A DNA stretch of 39,673 bases from a virus. Under the pieces are notes generated by a model. It saw nothing but the letters and a program-made list of their open reading frames with translations. It did not search any database and was not told the origin of the DNA. Location of the stretch: UHGV virus genome UHGV-0294044; one strand, 5' to 3'. The position numbers and the translations under genes were made by a program. Shown in pieces: positions 15,827-24,810 of this stretch (its first letter is position 1; each line of letters opens with the position of its first letter).

Positions 15827-16557
15827 GAGACAGTTTTGTAATGTATACAGCGAATATAGACCAAATATCACTGCTAAATATGGAGCAGAGAGGAAATCTG
15901 TTTACTGCTATCATGTTATATGCAGCAGACAAGGAACTTCCTCAGATGGATGGAATGACACAAATGGCTTTTAGCTTTATTAAGGCTCAGCTTGATAGAG
16001 ATAATCAGAAGTACCAGAAGATGATAGAATCCAGAAGAGAAGCTGGGAAACTTGGAGGAAGGCCAAAAGGTAGTGCTTCTTCTGATAAACCGGAAGAAGC
16101 AAAAAAAGCAAATGGTTTTTTTGAAAAGCAAACAGAAGCAAAAAAACATGATAATGTAAATGATAATGATAATGTAAATGATAATGTAAATGATAATGTA
16201 AAAGATAAAAAAAACTATTGTGTGCGTTTTGAGCAGATGTGGCAAGCGTACCCGAGAAAAAAAGAGAAAGCAGCGGCCTATAAGGCATATAAGGCGCGCT
16301 TATCTGATGGATTTTCAGAGGACGAGCTGGAAACAGCAGTTAAAAGATACGCTGATGATTGTAAAAGTATGCACACGGAAGAACGGTATATCAAACATGC
16401 GGCTACCTTTTTTGGCCCAAATACGCCGTTTGCGGATTACCTGAAAGGAGATGGAGATGGACCCATTGCAGGAAATGCTCAGCCGAATACAGAAGGAACG
16501 CAGACATACAACGATGACTACCTCGAAGGAGCCGGGGAAGGGTTTGATGGCTTCTGA
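15823..16557 (+). CDS. Putative replication initiation/replisome-organizer protein (DnaD-like) with DN(V) low-complexity linker
   Basis: Position directly upstream of DnaC-like loader; GRPKG motif; NDNVNDNDNVNDNVNDNV linker. Confidence 0.4.
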   Translation: MRDSFVMYTANIDQISLLNMEQRGNLFTAIMLYAADKELPQMDGMTQMAFSFIKAQLDRDNQKYQKMIESRREAGKLGGRPKGSASSDKPEEAKKANGFFEKQTEAKKHDNVNDNDNVNDNVNDNVKDKKNYCVRFEQMWQAYPRKKEKAAAYKAYKARLSDGFSEDELETAVKRYADDCKSMHTEERYIKHAATFFGPNTPFADYLKGDGDGPIAGNAQPNTEGTQTYNDDYLEGAGEGFDGF

Positions 16558-17296
16558 TGTCTGCCCCAAATGCCACGGCACCGGATGGATATACTGGTTT
16601 GATGACGAAGACCGGGAAAGCGGATATAGATGTGACTGTGGTTTGGTGGAACGACAGATTGCGAACAGGAAATTGGAATTTGCCAATATACCTGAGGCAT
16701 TTAGAAACCTTGATATCCGTTCCTTCGACCTGGGGGTATACCGGAAGGATGAGAGCCGGAAGGTAATCAGGAATACCGGGGCAGCCATTAAATACTATCT
16801 GGATAACCTGGATGAAATGAAAGGCAACGGAATGGGACTGTACCTGTATTCCGGGACCAAGGGGTCAGGCAAGACACGAATGGCCGCAAGCATAGCAAAC
16901 GAGATGGTCAGTACATACAGGATGCAGGTTAAGTTTGCCGGCTCTATGCAGATTATCAACGAGATTAAGGCCACATGGGATGATAAGGACAGAAGCGAGA
17001 GCGACCTGTTAAGAGCGTTATCCACTGTACAGGTCTTGGTGATAGATGATTTCGGAACGGAGATTCCAAAGGACTGGATTGGAGAACGGTTTTACAGCAT
17101 CATCAATGGCCGGTACCAGGACAAGCTGATAACAATGTACACCAGCAATTTAAGCCTGCAGGACTTGCGATATGATGACAGGATAACCAATAGAATCAAG
17201 GAACGTACATTCCAGCTGCCATTCCCGGAAGAATCCGTTAGGGAACTGATAGCAGAGCAGAACCGGAAAGCGCTTATAGAAGGAATGAGAGGATAG
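16547..17296 (+). CDS. DnaC/IstB-like AAA+ helicase loader with N-terminal zinc finger
   Basis: Walker A GTKGSGKT, Walker B LVIDDFG; CPKCHG...CDCG; alternative start 16457 possible. Confidence 0.7.
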   Translation: MASDVCPKCHGTGWIYWFDDEDRESGYRCDCGLVERQIANRKLEFANIPEAFRNLDIRSFDLGVYRKDESRKVIRNTGAAIKYYLDNLDEMKGNGMGLYLYSGTKGSGKTRMAASIANEMVSTYRMQVKFAGSMQIINEIKATWDDKDRSESDLLRALSTVQVLVIDDFGTEIPKDWIGERFYSIINGRYQDKLITMYTSNLSLQDLRYDDRITNRIKERTFQLPFPEESVRELIAEQNRKALIEGMRG

Positions 17297-17306
17297 GAGT
17301 GGAGAG

Positions 17307-17558
17307 TTGAAGGAAATACATAAAAAAATCCTGGTGTTTGTAAAGCAATACATGTTAGAGCATGATTATCCCCCCACAACCAGAGAAATAGGGGACGGGG
17401 TAGGATATACGTCAAGCTCTACTATCTGGGGATATCTGCGGGATATGAAAGAGATAGGGTTGATTGATTATGTGGATGAATGCCCTAGAACTATAACAAT
17501 ACCCGGAATGCATTACACATGCGATACCAAGGATAACATTCAGGCAAGGGGGAAGTGA
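17307..17558 (+). CDS. LexA-N-terminal-like winged-helix DNA-binding protein (no peptidase domain)
   Basis: ILVFVKQYMLEHDYPPTTREIGDGVGYTSSSTIWGYLRDMKEIGLIDY resembles LexA DNA-binding domain. Confidence 0.4.
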   Translation: MKEIHKKILVFVKQYMLEHDYPPTTREIGDGVGYTSSSTIWGYLRDMKEIGLIDYVDECPRTITIPGMHYTCDTKDNIQARGK

Positions 17559-17559
17559 A

Positions 17560-17760
17560 TTGCCAGATAACAAAATGAAAAATCAATATAGCGAGAATTC
17601 GGAACGTCAAAGAATGGCAGCGATTAAGAAAATGGAGAAATACCCATCACCTATGACGAAAGCATTTCTCCGACCGGCATATGATAGGACTGAAATATGT
17701 CCTGATTTTTCTAGGCGTCCAAGTAATCAAAACACACATTTAGCGGAGGAGGAAGAGTGA
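17560..17760 (+). CDS. Hypothetical protein
   Basis: ORF only. Confidence 0.3.
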   Translation: MPDNKMKNQYSENSERQRMAAIKKMEKYPSPMTKAFLRPAYDRTEICPDFSRRPSNQNTHLAEEEE

Positions 17761-18123
17761 ATGAAGGGATATAGACCAAAGCTCGTAGAAGGGCGCGTAA
17801 GTGGCACTGGATGGCCGATAGATGGGCATGTGGTAGCGTTAACGCTATGGGATTATGACAACCATGAGAAATACCATCTGTTCAGCTGGCCGGATGAGTC
17901 GGATGATGTAATGATGCGGACCATGTACCAAACAGAAGAAGAGGCGGGCCTATGTCTGGCTGATAGTCTGGAAGATTTTGAACAGAAATGGAAATCAGAG
18001 GAATGGGAAGCGCAAGGCTCATTTTGCATTCCGTTTGATAAGGTGGAAGTCACCGATGTTATTTGGGAAGAAGAAAAGGAACATGATTACGGGGAGAGAG
18101 GGAGGGAAAAGTATGACAATTGA
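17761..18123 (+). CDS. Hypothetical acidic protein
   Basis: ORF, start abuts previous stop. Confidence 0.4.
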   Translation: MKGYRPKLVEGRVSGTGWPIDGHVVALTLWDYDNHEKYHLFSWPDESDDVMMRTMYQTEEEAGLCLADSLEDFEQKWKSEEWEAQGSFCIPFDKVEVTDVIWEEEKEHDYGERGREKYDN

Positions 18124-18382
18124 CAAGCGAGAAGCCGTAGGTATATTGCAGGAACACATTAATACATACCGTTACCAAACTACAGATAAGGGATGGGCGC
18201 AAATGGTACGAACGGGAATTGTCGGAAACACGATACCTGACAAGATAGATTTTATAGCAGAGGCAGAGAGGCAGATACAGGCTTACGAGATGGCTATTAA
18301 AGCGCTGGAGAGCGGCGAGGCAGCGGAATTTGTGGACCGGTGTTACCTTGGCAGCCTATGCCCATACCAGATGCCCGTGTAA
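18114..18382 (+). CDS. Hypothetical protein
   Basis: RBS GGGAGGGAAAAG before ATG 18114. Confidence 0.35.
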
Positions 18383-18581
18383 TGCTTATAACACAGCAGC
18401 GCATACCGGTACCTGATTCGCAGGACCGAGACTGCGTAAAGATAGCTGGCGTGGCTCTGGTGTATGCACAACCAGTAAGACCAGCAGCGGATGTGCCTAT
18501 GGAGAGATAATGGAGGACCATACGGCCAGGGGTTCCGGTCTGGCGCACATCCACTATATCGTTATTTTGTGGAGGAAAGGT

Positions 18582-18740
18582 ATGTTAGAAGAGGATTTAA
18601 AAATATTAGAAAAGGCATTGGAAGGAATAGAGCTGACGGAAGAGGAAAACAGACTGGTGGAATGGATTGCCGGATGGGATTTATGGACAGTACGGCAGTT
18701 TAGACAGATTATAAAAAAATGTCGTGAGTCAGACAATTAA
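18582..18740 (+). CDS. Hypothetical small protein
   Basis: RBS GGAGGAAAGGT before ATG 18582. Confidence 0.3.
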   Translation: MLEEDLKILEKALEGIELTEEENRLVEWIAGWDLWTVRQFRQIIKKCRESDN

Positions 18741-18760
18741 GATTTTGACGGAGATGAAAA

Positions 18761-18919
18761 ATGAGAAAAGTAAAATATAAAGCTAATTATGGATACGCTG
18801 GTACTGATGTAGAGGATGAGCTGGAATATCCGGACGGGGTGACAGACGAAGAAATAGAAGAGGATATTAAAGAAATTGTCATGCAACGGATTGACTGGTA
18901 TTGGGAACCAGTAAATTAA
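18761..18919 (+). CDS. Hypothetical small acidic protein (52 aa)
   Basis: RBS GGAGATG; below ORF-track cutoff. Confidence 0.3.
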   Translation: MRKVKYKANYGYAGTDVEDELEYPDGVTDEEIEEDIKEIVMQRIDWYWEPVN

Positions 18920-19070
18920 ACATTTGAGAAAAGAAGGTGCCAGATGAGGAAAGTACAATGGTGTGTAAAATGTAAAAAGTATCATCGTTTTGATGATATA
19001 AACTGGAAATACAACTGGAAACAGAGAACATGGGAGTGTTTGAAAAATTAAGATTCAGAGGAGATAGCAA

Positions 19071-19391
19071 ATGCGCGAATATATAGATTTGGATATTAGA
19101 ATTGATGGTAGAACTATTCCCTATCCGGTATTGACATCATGCGAATATTTCGCGTCACATGACAATATTGATGATGTTGATGGTTTTATAGATACCAATC
19201 CAGAGATTGACGAGTTAGTGACACAGATATTAGCTTTAAAGCAAAGCTGCTTCCTTTTAAGACATACAACATATAGTTGTCAGAGTTTGAGTGATGGTTT
19301 ATATGACCTTAAAATGAAACTAATAAAAAAGCTTGCAGAAAAATACCAGTATATGTTTGATGATGAATGGATGGAAAAGCTCGTGAATTAA
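19071..19391 (+). CDS. Hypothetical protein
   Basis: RBS GAGGAGATAG. Confidence 0.4.
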   Translation: MREYIDLDIRIDGRTIPYPVLTSCEYFASHDNIDDVDGFIDTNPEIDELVTQILALKQSCFLLRHTTYSCQSLSDGLYDLKMKLIKKLAEKYQYMFDDEWMEKLVN

Positions 19392-19411
19392 CGTTTAGTG
19401 AAAGGAGAAGT

Positions 19412-19651
19412 ATGTGGATACCATTTGAATTAGGGCAGACTGTTTATATAGTGGTTGATAACGGTTACAATACAGAGCACACCATACATGACGGGTATGA
19501 CCATTTAGGGGAGATTGTTCGCAGGGAAACAGTGCATCATCCCTTATTGGAAGTTGAGCCGAGACGGTTTAATTTACAGATGCTTGCCTATCATGGGCTT
19601 GATGGTATATATGCAACCCGTGAAGAGGCAGAAACACATTTAAAAAATTAA
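19412..19651 (+). CDS. Hypothetical protein
   Basis: RBS GAAAGGAGAAG before ATG 19412. Confidence 0.35.
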   Translation: MWIPFELGQTVYIVVDNGYNTEHTIHDGYDHLGEIVRRETVHHPLLEVEPRRFNLQMLAYHGLDGIYATREEAETHLKN

Positions 19652-19679
19652 CATTTCATTGGGAGAAGGGAGAATTAGA

Positions 19680-19976
19680 ATGTACGATGATTCTTTTGAA
19701 AGATTTAGAGGTGAGTGTTTAGAATACAATCACAATAAGAATTGCAATATGATTGAAGAATGGTGTAAAGAAGCTGGTGTTACCTCACCAGTAGGATACT
19801 ATAACGAATTAGAAAAGCACATAATAACTATTTACACTAACGAACCAGGTTACCTTATCGGTATGGGAGGTTGCTTAGTTAACAAATTCAAGAAGAGATT
19901 GTGCGAACAATTTTATGCTAATGAGTATGAAGTGAAGTTTGTGGAAATCCGTGGTGGATTTGCAAATATAGAATAA
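19680..19976 (+). CDS. Hypothetical protein with GxxG (LIGMGGCLVNKF) KH-like motif
   Basis: RBS GGGAGAAGGGAG before ATG 19680. Confidence 0.35.
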   Translation: MYDDSFERFRGECLEYNHNKNCNMIEEWCKEAGVTSPVGYYNELEKHIITIYTNEPGYLIGMGGCLVNKFKKRLCEQFYANEYEVKFVEIRGGFANIE

Positions 19977-20048
19977 GCAATAAAGAGTTATTTTGAAAAC
20001 TAAGAAAGGAGCCGACCTCCGGCCGGAGAAAAGCTATAGCGGGTCCTT

Positions 20049-21425
20049 TTGAAAATGAGAGATTTGATTATTGACTGTTTCGCAGGTGGCGGAGGGGCAA
20101 GCGTAGGAATAGAGATGGCACTGGGGCGACCGGTTGATATTGCAATCAACCATGACCCGCAGGCGATTCGGATGCATAAAGTTAATCACCCGGATACGTT
20201 GCATTTGACAGAGGATATATTCAAGGTTGACCTTAAAAAGTATGTTGCGGGCCGTCATGTAGCGCTTATGTGGGCATCCCCAGATTGCACAAGCCATAGC
20301 AAGGCTAAAGGCGGACAGCCGCGGAACAAGGGACTCAGAATCCTTCCGTGGGCAGTGTACAAGCACGCTAAAGCAATACTTCCTGCCGTTGTGCTGATGG
20401 AAAACGTCGAGGAAATACAACAGTGGGGGCCTCTGGACGAGGCAGGGTACCCAATAAAAGAAAGGGCTGGAGAGGAATATAAACGATTTATAGCAGCCAT
20501 GAAAAAGCTGGGATATGATTTCGACAGCCGGGAACTGGTAGCAGCAGATTACGGAGCGCCGACAACACGACGGCGCTGGTATGCAATTTTCCGGAGAGAC
20601 GGGAATCCGATTATATGGCCGGAGCCGACACACAATAAGAGTGGATCCGATGGCCGGTTGAAGTGGCTGGAATGCGGAAATTATATTGATTGGTCGGATT
20701 TGGGGCGTTCCATATTCGACCGGAAGAAACCACTTGCAGACGCCACCATGAAGCGGATTGCAAACGGGTACATAAAGTACGTGGTGAATAATCCGAAACC
20801 TTATACGGTGCATAATCAGAATGCCGTCGCTTTTATGATTCAGTACCATGGTGAGACGCGGGAAGGAGATTCACGCGGGCAGCTTCTGACGGAGCCGATA
20901 AAGACAATTGATACCAGTAACCGATATGGTTTAGTAACGGCGTTCGTCACAAAATTTTATAAAACTGGGACGGGGCAGGGATGCGATGAACCTTTACACA
21001 CAATCACGACATCACCAGGGCATTTCGGGCTTATATCCGCATTTTTGATTAAGTATTACGGCACTGGTTGCGGACAAGAGTTAGTAAGACCATTGGGGAC
21101 TATTACAACAAAGGATCGGTTCGGTCTTGTTAATGTAATCACTGATATTGATGGGGAGCAATATATTTTGAAAGATATTTTTCTCCGAATGCTAATGCCG
21201 GAAGAACTTAAAAAAATGCAGGGTTTTCCAGTGGATTATATACTCAACCGGGATATTGAGGGCAAGCCATACCCTGTTAGTGAGCAGGTGGCAAGAATTG
21301 GAAATAGTGTGGTGCCAATTATGGCACAGGCATTGGTATCTGCCAATTGTGCATATCTGAAAATTGGAGAGAGAATGCCAAATATGAGGATTGATGATAG
21401 TGAAATACAATTAAAGTTTGCATAA
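20049..21425 (+). CDS. DNA (cytosine-5)-methyltransferase family protein, orphan
   Basis: Motif I DCFAGGGG, motif VI MENVEEI, motif X IGNSV, motif IX-like LMPEELKKMQGFP; motif IV is ASPDCTSHS rather than canonical PCQ; internal ~33-aa repeats in presumed target-recognition region. Confidence 0.75.
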   Translation: MKMRDLIIDCFAGGGGASVGIEMALGRPVDIAINHDPQAIRMHKVNHPDTLHLTEDIFKVDLKKYVAGRHVALMWASPDCTSHSKAKGGQPRNKGLRILPWAVYKHAKAILPAVVLMENVEEIQQWGPLDEAGYPIKERAGEEYKRFIAAMKKLGYDFDSRELVAADYGAPTTRRRWYAIFRRDGNPIIWPEPTHNKSGSDGRLKWLECGNYIDWSDLGRSIFDRKKPLADATMKRIANGYIKYVVNNPKPYTVHNQNAVAFMIQYHGETREGDSRGQLLTEPIKTIDTSNRYGLVTAFVTKFYKTGTGQGCDEPLHTITTSPGHFGLISAFLIKYYGTGCGQELVRPLGTITTKDRFGLVNVITDIDGEQYILKDIFLRMLMPEELKKMQGFPVDYILNRDIEGKPYPVSEQVARIGNSVVPIMAQALVSANCAYLKIGERMPNMRIDDSEIQLKFA

Positions 21426-21459
21426 CAAAATTAGCATTTGATAGAGAAGGAGGTACAAG

Positions 21460-21924
21460 ATGGCATATGCTGAAAAAACTACGGTATCCGTGGCACGGAC
21501 GAAGGCAAATATAGAAGAGCTTGTTCAAACACACGGAGCAGAACAGTTTGTGAGCGGATACAAAGCTAATATGGCGGTTATCGGATTTACAATGTCCGGG
21601 CGGCAGATTCGATTTCTGCTTCCTCTCCCAGACAAGTCAGCGAAAGAATTTTGGTATACTCCGGGCCGAGGGCAACGCCGGGCGGATGATGCGGCGCATA
21701 CTGCATGGGAGCAAGCCTGCCGAAGCCGTTGGAGGGCACTGTATTTAATTGTCAAGGCTAAGCTGGAGGCGGTGGAGGCTGGTATCAGCACGGTGGAGCG
21801 GGAGTTTTTGTACGATATTGTATTGCCAGATGGACGGACGGCTGGAGAATGGATTGCACCGCAGATTGAGATGGCATACCAGACGGGGCAGATGCCAGCA
21901 ATGCTGCCGATGTTGGAAAATTAG
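21460..21924 (+). CDS. Hypothetical phage protein
   Basis: RBS GAAGGAGG. Confidence 0.4.
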   Translation: MAYAEKTTVSVARTKANIEELVQTHGAEQFVSGYKANMAVIGFTMSGRQIRFLLPLPDKSAKEFWYTPGRGQRRADDAAHTAWEQACRSRWRALYLIVKAKLEAVEAGISTVEREFLYDIVLPDGRTAGEWIAPQIEMAYQTGQMPAMLPMLEN

Positions 21925-21956
21925 CATTTAACCAATTAAACGAAAGGAGCTATAAA

Positions 21957-22367
21957 GTGAGAGAAATATTATTTAAAGCAAAGGGCCGTGATAATGGCGA
22001 ATGGGTGGAAGGGTATTATGTACTCTGTCGTAAATGTCATTATATCCTTCCGATATTTAACAGTGATGCTCTGTATCATGGATATGATGAAAGATATGGC
22101 GAATGGATTGAGATAGAACCGTCCACCATCTGCCAGTATACCGGATTAACTGATAAAAACGGTTTAAAGATATGGGAAGGTGACATTGTCGAATGTGTCT
22201 ATGATGGACAAGTCAATGTTAGAAAGATTATTTGGGATGACTCAGAGCTGAATTTTAAGGGGACAAATGGAAAAGACCAATATGGAACAAATTATGATTA
22301 TTTGTCTTGTTGTGAAGAACTTGTTATTATGGGGAATATTTATGATAGCCCTAATCTGCTAAACTGA
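21957..22367 (+). CDS. YopX-family phage protein
   Basis: GTG start; ...ICQYTGLTDKNGLKIWEGDIVE... typical YopX. Confidence 0.55.
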   Translation: MREILFKAKGRDNGEWVEGYYVLCRKCHYILPIFNSDALYHGYDERYGEWIEIEPSTICQYTGLTDKNGLKIWEGDIVECVYDGQVNVRKIIWDDSELNFKGTNGKDQYGTNYDYLSCCEELVIMGNIYDSPNLLN

Positions 22368-22393
22368 AATTTGTGCTACGAAGGGAGGTACCC

Positions 22394-22594
22394 GTGAGAA
22401 AGAAAGGCAGTAAGCAGTCCAAGGTCAGCCGCATCGACCGCAGCAAGGCCCTGGCCGCCCAGGCCGACGAGGCCATCAAGGAGCGCATCCGGACGGCGCC
22501 GGCCTACATATACACCAGCCTGTGCCCGGTTCCGGAGCTGCGGGAGCCACCGAAGGGAGTGATTGTACGTGGCATCAAGACCTGTGTACTATGA
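22394..22594 (+). CDS. Small basic protein in GC-rich islet
   Basis: GTG start after RBS GAAGGGAGG; local GC far above flanks. Confidence 0.3.
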   Translation: MRKKGSKQSKVSRIDRSKALAAQADEAIKERIRTAPAYIYTSLCPVPELREPPKGVIVRGIKTCVL

Positions 22595-22646
22595 CTTGTA
22601 TGATTGTGGCCAATACGACGGCCGGTACAGAGCAGCGGAGCTGATG

Positions 22647-22847
22647 GTAATGCTGGGCATCCGGCACCGGCAGCAGATAGAGCATTACAGTGATGTGGGT
22701 ATCCTGTACCAAAAGCGATATACCTTTGTGAGGGTGGAGGATGGGAAGGAGTCAGAACTGGCCGATGAGTGGAACCGGGTGACGCAAGTATTGAAGGGAT
22801 GCGGGCACGATTTGGGCAGGATACCGATTGTGGTAAAACGAGTATAG
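22647..22847 (+). CDS. Hypothetical protein in GC-rich islet
   Basis: ATG 22647 within ORF 22563-22847. Confidence 0.25.
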   Translation, partial: VMLGIRHRQQIEHYSDVGILYQKRYTFVRVEDGKESELADEWNRVTQVLKGCGHDLGRIPIVVKRV

Positions 22848-22960
22848 ATAAAACAAGCCGGGGGATTACCCCGGCAAATAAAAACGAAAGAAAAGAACAT
22901 ATGTGCGTGAAAGAAAATAAGCGGTGGACACCCGCCAAGATGCTACCACCGCTCTGATAT

Positions 22961-22990
22961 TGCTTGAGTATATTATAGCTTACTCAAGCA
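22961..22990. promoter_or_regulatory. Perfect 10-bp inverted repeat TGCTTGAGTA-N10-TACTCAAGCA upstream of recombinase gene (operator or recombination site)
   Basis: Spacer contains TATTAT (-10-like); 45 bp upstream of recombinase start. Confidence 0.4.
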
Positions 22991-23036
22991 TGGTGAACAA
23001 GTGGAAAATAATACCATAAATGAGGGAGGATATAAT

Positions 23037-24124
23037 ATGCAGACAGCGATTAATACAGATGTTTTTATACGGCAGGTATTAAACACATTGGTAACTCAGA
23101 TGGAGATGTGGGACGAGCTCAGACGGCAGAAAGAGGTCGAGGCGGCCCTGTACATGAATTTGATGAACAAGACCATCCTGTCAGAGTCGGAGGAGAGGCA
23201 GTTGCCGGCAGAGTATGTGGATGATACCCCTCGGGTGGTGGAGATGTTCCTGCAGTGCCTGAAATTGGAGAAGAGAACAGATGCCACTATCGTGAGCTAC
23301 CGTGGCGAACTTAAATGTCTTTTCCAATTCCTGCGGAAGAACTACGCGGACGTGACAAGCAATGACATCAGGGCCTATCTGGCCTGGAGCAGACGGAGCA
23401 CCACAACAAGGATAACACCCTTAACAATAAGATTCACGTCTTTCAGTCATTTTACAAATGGCTCATGAATGAGGATTTACTGGAAGATGGTGGTTGCCTC
23501 ATGCGGAAACCCAAGAAGAATCCCATGGGTAAAGTCTATAAGATTAAAGAGGAGCAGCGTGTGAAGCGGGTGCTATCGGACGAGCAAGTGGAAATCATCC
23601 GGTGTGGCTGCCGGCACGTCAGGGATAGAGCCATTGTGGAGATATTGGTGGCTACAGGGATGCGTATATCAGAGCTGGTCGGATTAGATGTTGGTGACAT
23701 AGACATCAGCCGGAAACGCTGCATTATCTACGGTAAGGGACGCAAGGAACGGCCAGCGTTCTTCACTCCACGCGCTATTGTACATCTGGAAGCATACCTG
23801 GAGTGGCGCCGGGCACTGCCAGATACCAGCGAGGCCCTGTTTATTAATTTTAGGAAAACTGGTGGTTTGTATGGCAGGGTGTGCACCTGCACCATACGCA
23901 AGATGCTCAAAGAGATAGTAGCCAGTGACCCGCGCTTGGAGGGATTAAATCTGCATCCGCATAGGTTCCGGGCGTATCTGGCTACATACATGGCTCGGCA
24001 CGGGGCATCACTTAAGGACATAGCGGCGGTCCTGGGACACAGCAATGTCAATACAACCATGGAGTGTTATATCATTGAGGACCCAGAGGAGACACAGGCT
24101 GTACATGGCAAGTGCGCGGGGTAA
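23037..24124 (+). pseudogene. XerD-like tyrosine recombinase interrupted by a frameshift near 23395-23440
   Basis: N-terminal SAM-like domain in frame of 23037-23468; catalytic domain (R...HPHRFRAY...GHSNVNTTMECY) in frame of 23465-24124; joining requires +1/-1 shift (…AYLAWSRRS / HHNKDNTLNNKIHVFQSFYKWL…). Confidence 0.55.
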
Positions 24125-24137
24125 GGAGGTTTTAAGA

Positions 24138-24590
24138 ATGGCAGATAAGAGCATATTAAAACAATATGCAAGTATGATAAAAGAGGCAGAAGATGAAGAG
24201 CGTAGAATACGGAATTTAGAAGCAGAAATTAGGTCTATGCGGCCGCTTGATAGAGAAGTTACAGATGTTGTGACAAAAGGAAAACGAGGAAAGAAACCAC
24301 TCGGAACCTGTGTGATTCGTGGAGAGAACGACCATTCGGCCATCAATCGGAAACGTGCCAGGCTTAGGGAGAGGAAAGCAAAAAAGGAGCTTCATGTATC
24401 CAGGATTGAAATGATGGTTGCCGATGCGGAAGAATATATTTACAGCATTGATGATAGCGAATTAAGACGTATTACAGAATTTTACTGTATTGACAGAAAA
24501 AACTGGGATGAAGTAGCCGAAGCAATGGGAGAGGGGTATACTGCTGAGGCTTGTAAACAAAAATTTTCCAGATTTATGCGCGTCAAGTAA
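24138..24590 (+). CDS. Putative late-gene transcriptional activator (RinA/ArpU-like, sigma-70 region-4-like C-terminal HTH)
   Basis: RBS AAGGAGG-7-ATG; size ~150 aa; position immediately upstream of packaging genes. Confidence 0.45.
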   Translation: MADKSILKQYASMIKEAEDEERRIRNLEAEIRSMRPLDREVTDVVTKGKRGKKPLGTCVIRGENDHSAINRKRARLRERKAKKELHVSRIEMMVADAEEYIYSIDDSELRRITEFYCIDRKNWDEVAEAMGEGYTAEACKQKFSRFMRVK

Positions 24591-24592
24591 AA

Positions 24593-24626
24593 TTGTCACG
24601 TTTGTCACGCTGATATGTGATATAAT
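24593..24626 (+). promoter_or_regulatory. Tandem TTGTCACG x2 followed by extended -10 (TGnTATAAT)
   Basis: Direct repeat 24593-24600/24602-24609; TATAAT 24621-24626; non-canonical -35 spacing suggests activator-dependent promoter. Confidence 0.3.
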
Positions 24627-24652
24627 TTAAAATGAGAAAAGTGTAAGCATTT

Positions 24653-24682
24653 AGGCATCCAGCAATGGGTGCCTTTTATATA
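24653..24682 (+). terminator. Terminator-like hairpin AGGCAUCC-AGCAA-UGGGUGCCU + UUUAUAUA
   Basis: 8-bp stem with one G-U; U/A-rich tail. Confidence 0.35.
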
Positions 24683-24810
24683 CCCAATTCCCGGCGCCTG
24701 AAACTTAGGGCGTCCGGGGCCTCCTAAAAAGGTTCTGGTAAACATGAAGAGACTTTCCCCCTGTTTGATTTTATGGTAAGATAGAAAGAAAAGTGAGGAT
24801 GGTGATAACC

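Noticed and set aside
15916-16288. Minus-strand ORFs rich in I/Y/H repeats and the GATAATGTAAAT repeats
   Set aside because: These are artefacts of the AT-rich DN(V) low-complexity linker coding region of the plus-strand replication gene 15823-16557, not an independent repeat element.
20034-20849. 271-aa minus-strand ORF
   Set aside because: It lies fully antisense inside the well-supported methyltransferase gene, with a His/Pro/Cys-rich nonsense composition.
20049-21425. A methyltransferase as part of a restriction-modification system
   Set aside because: No restriction endonuclease, specificity subunit or helicase/nuclease partner is adjacent. Flanking genes are small phage ORFs and YopX, so it is treated as an orphan phage methyltransferase.
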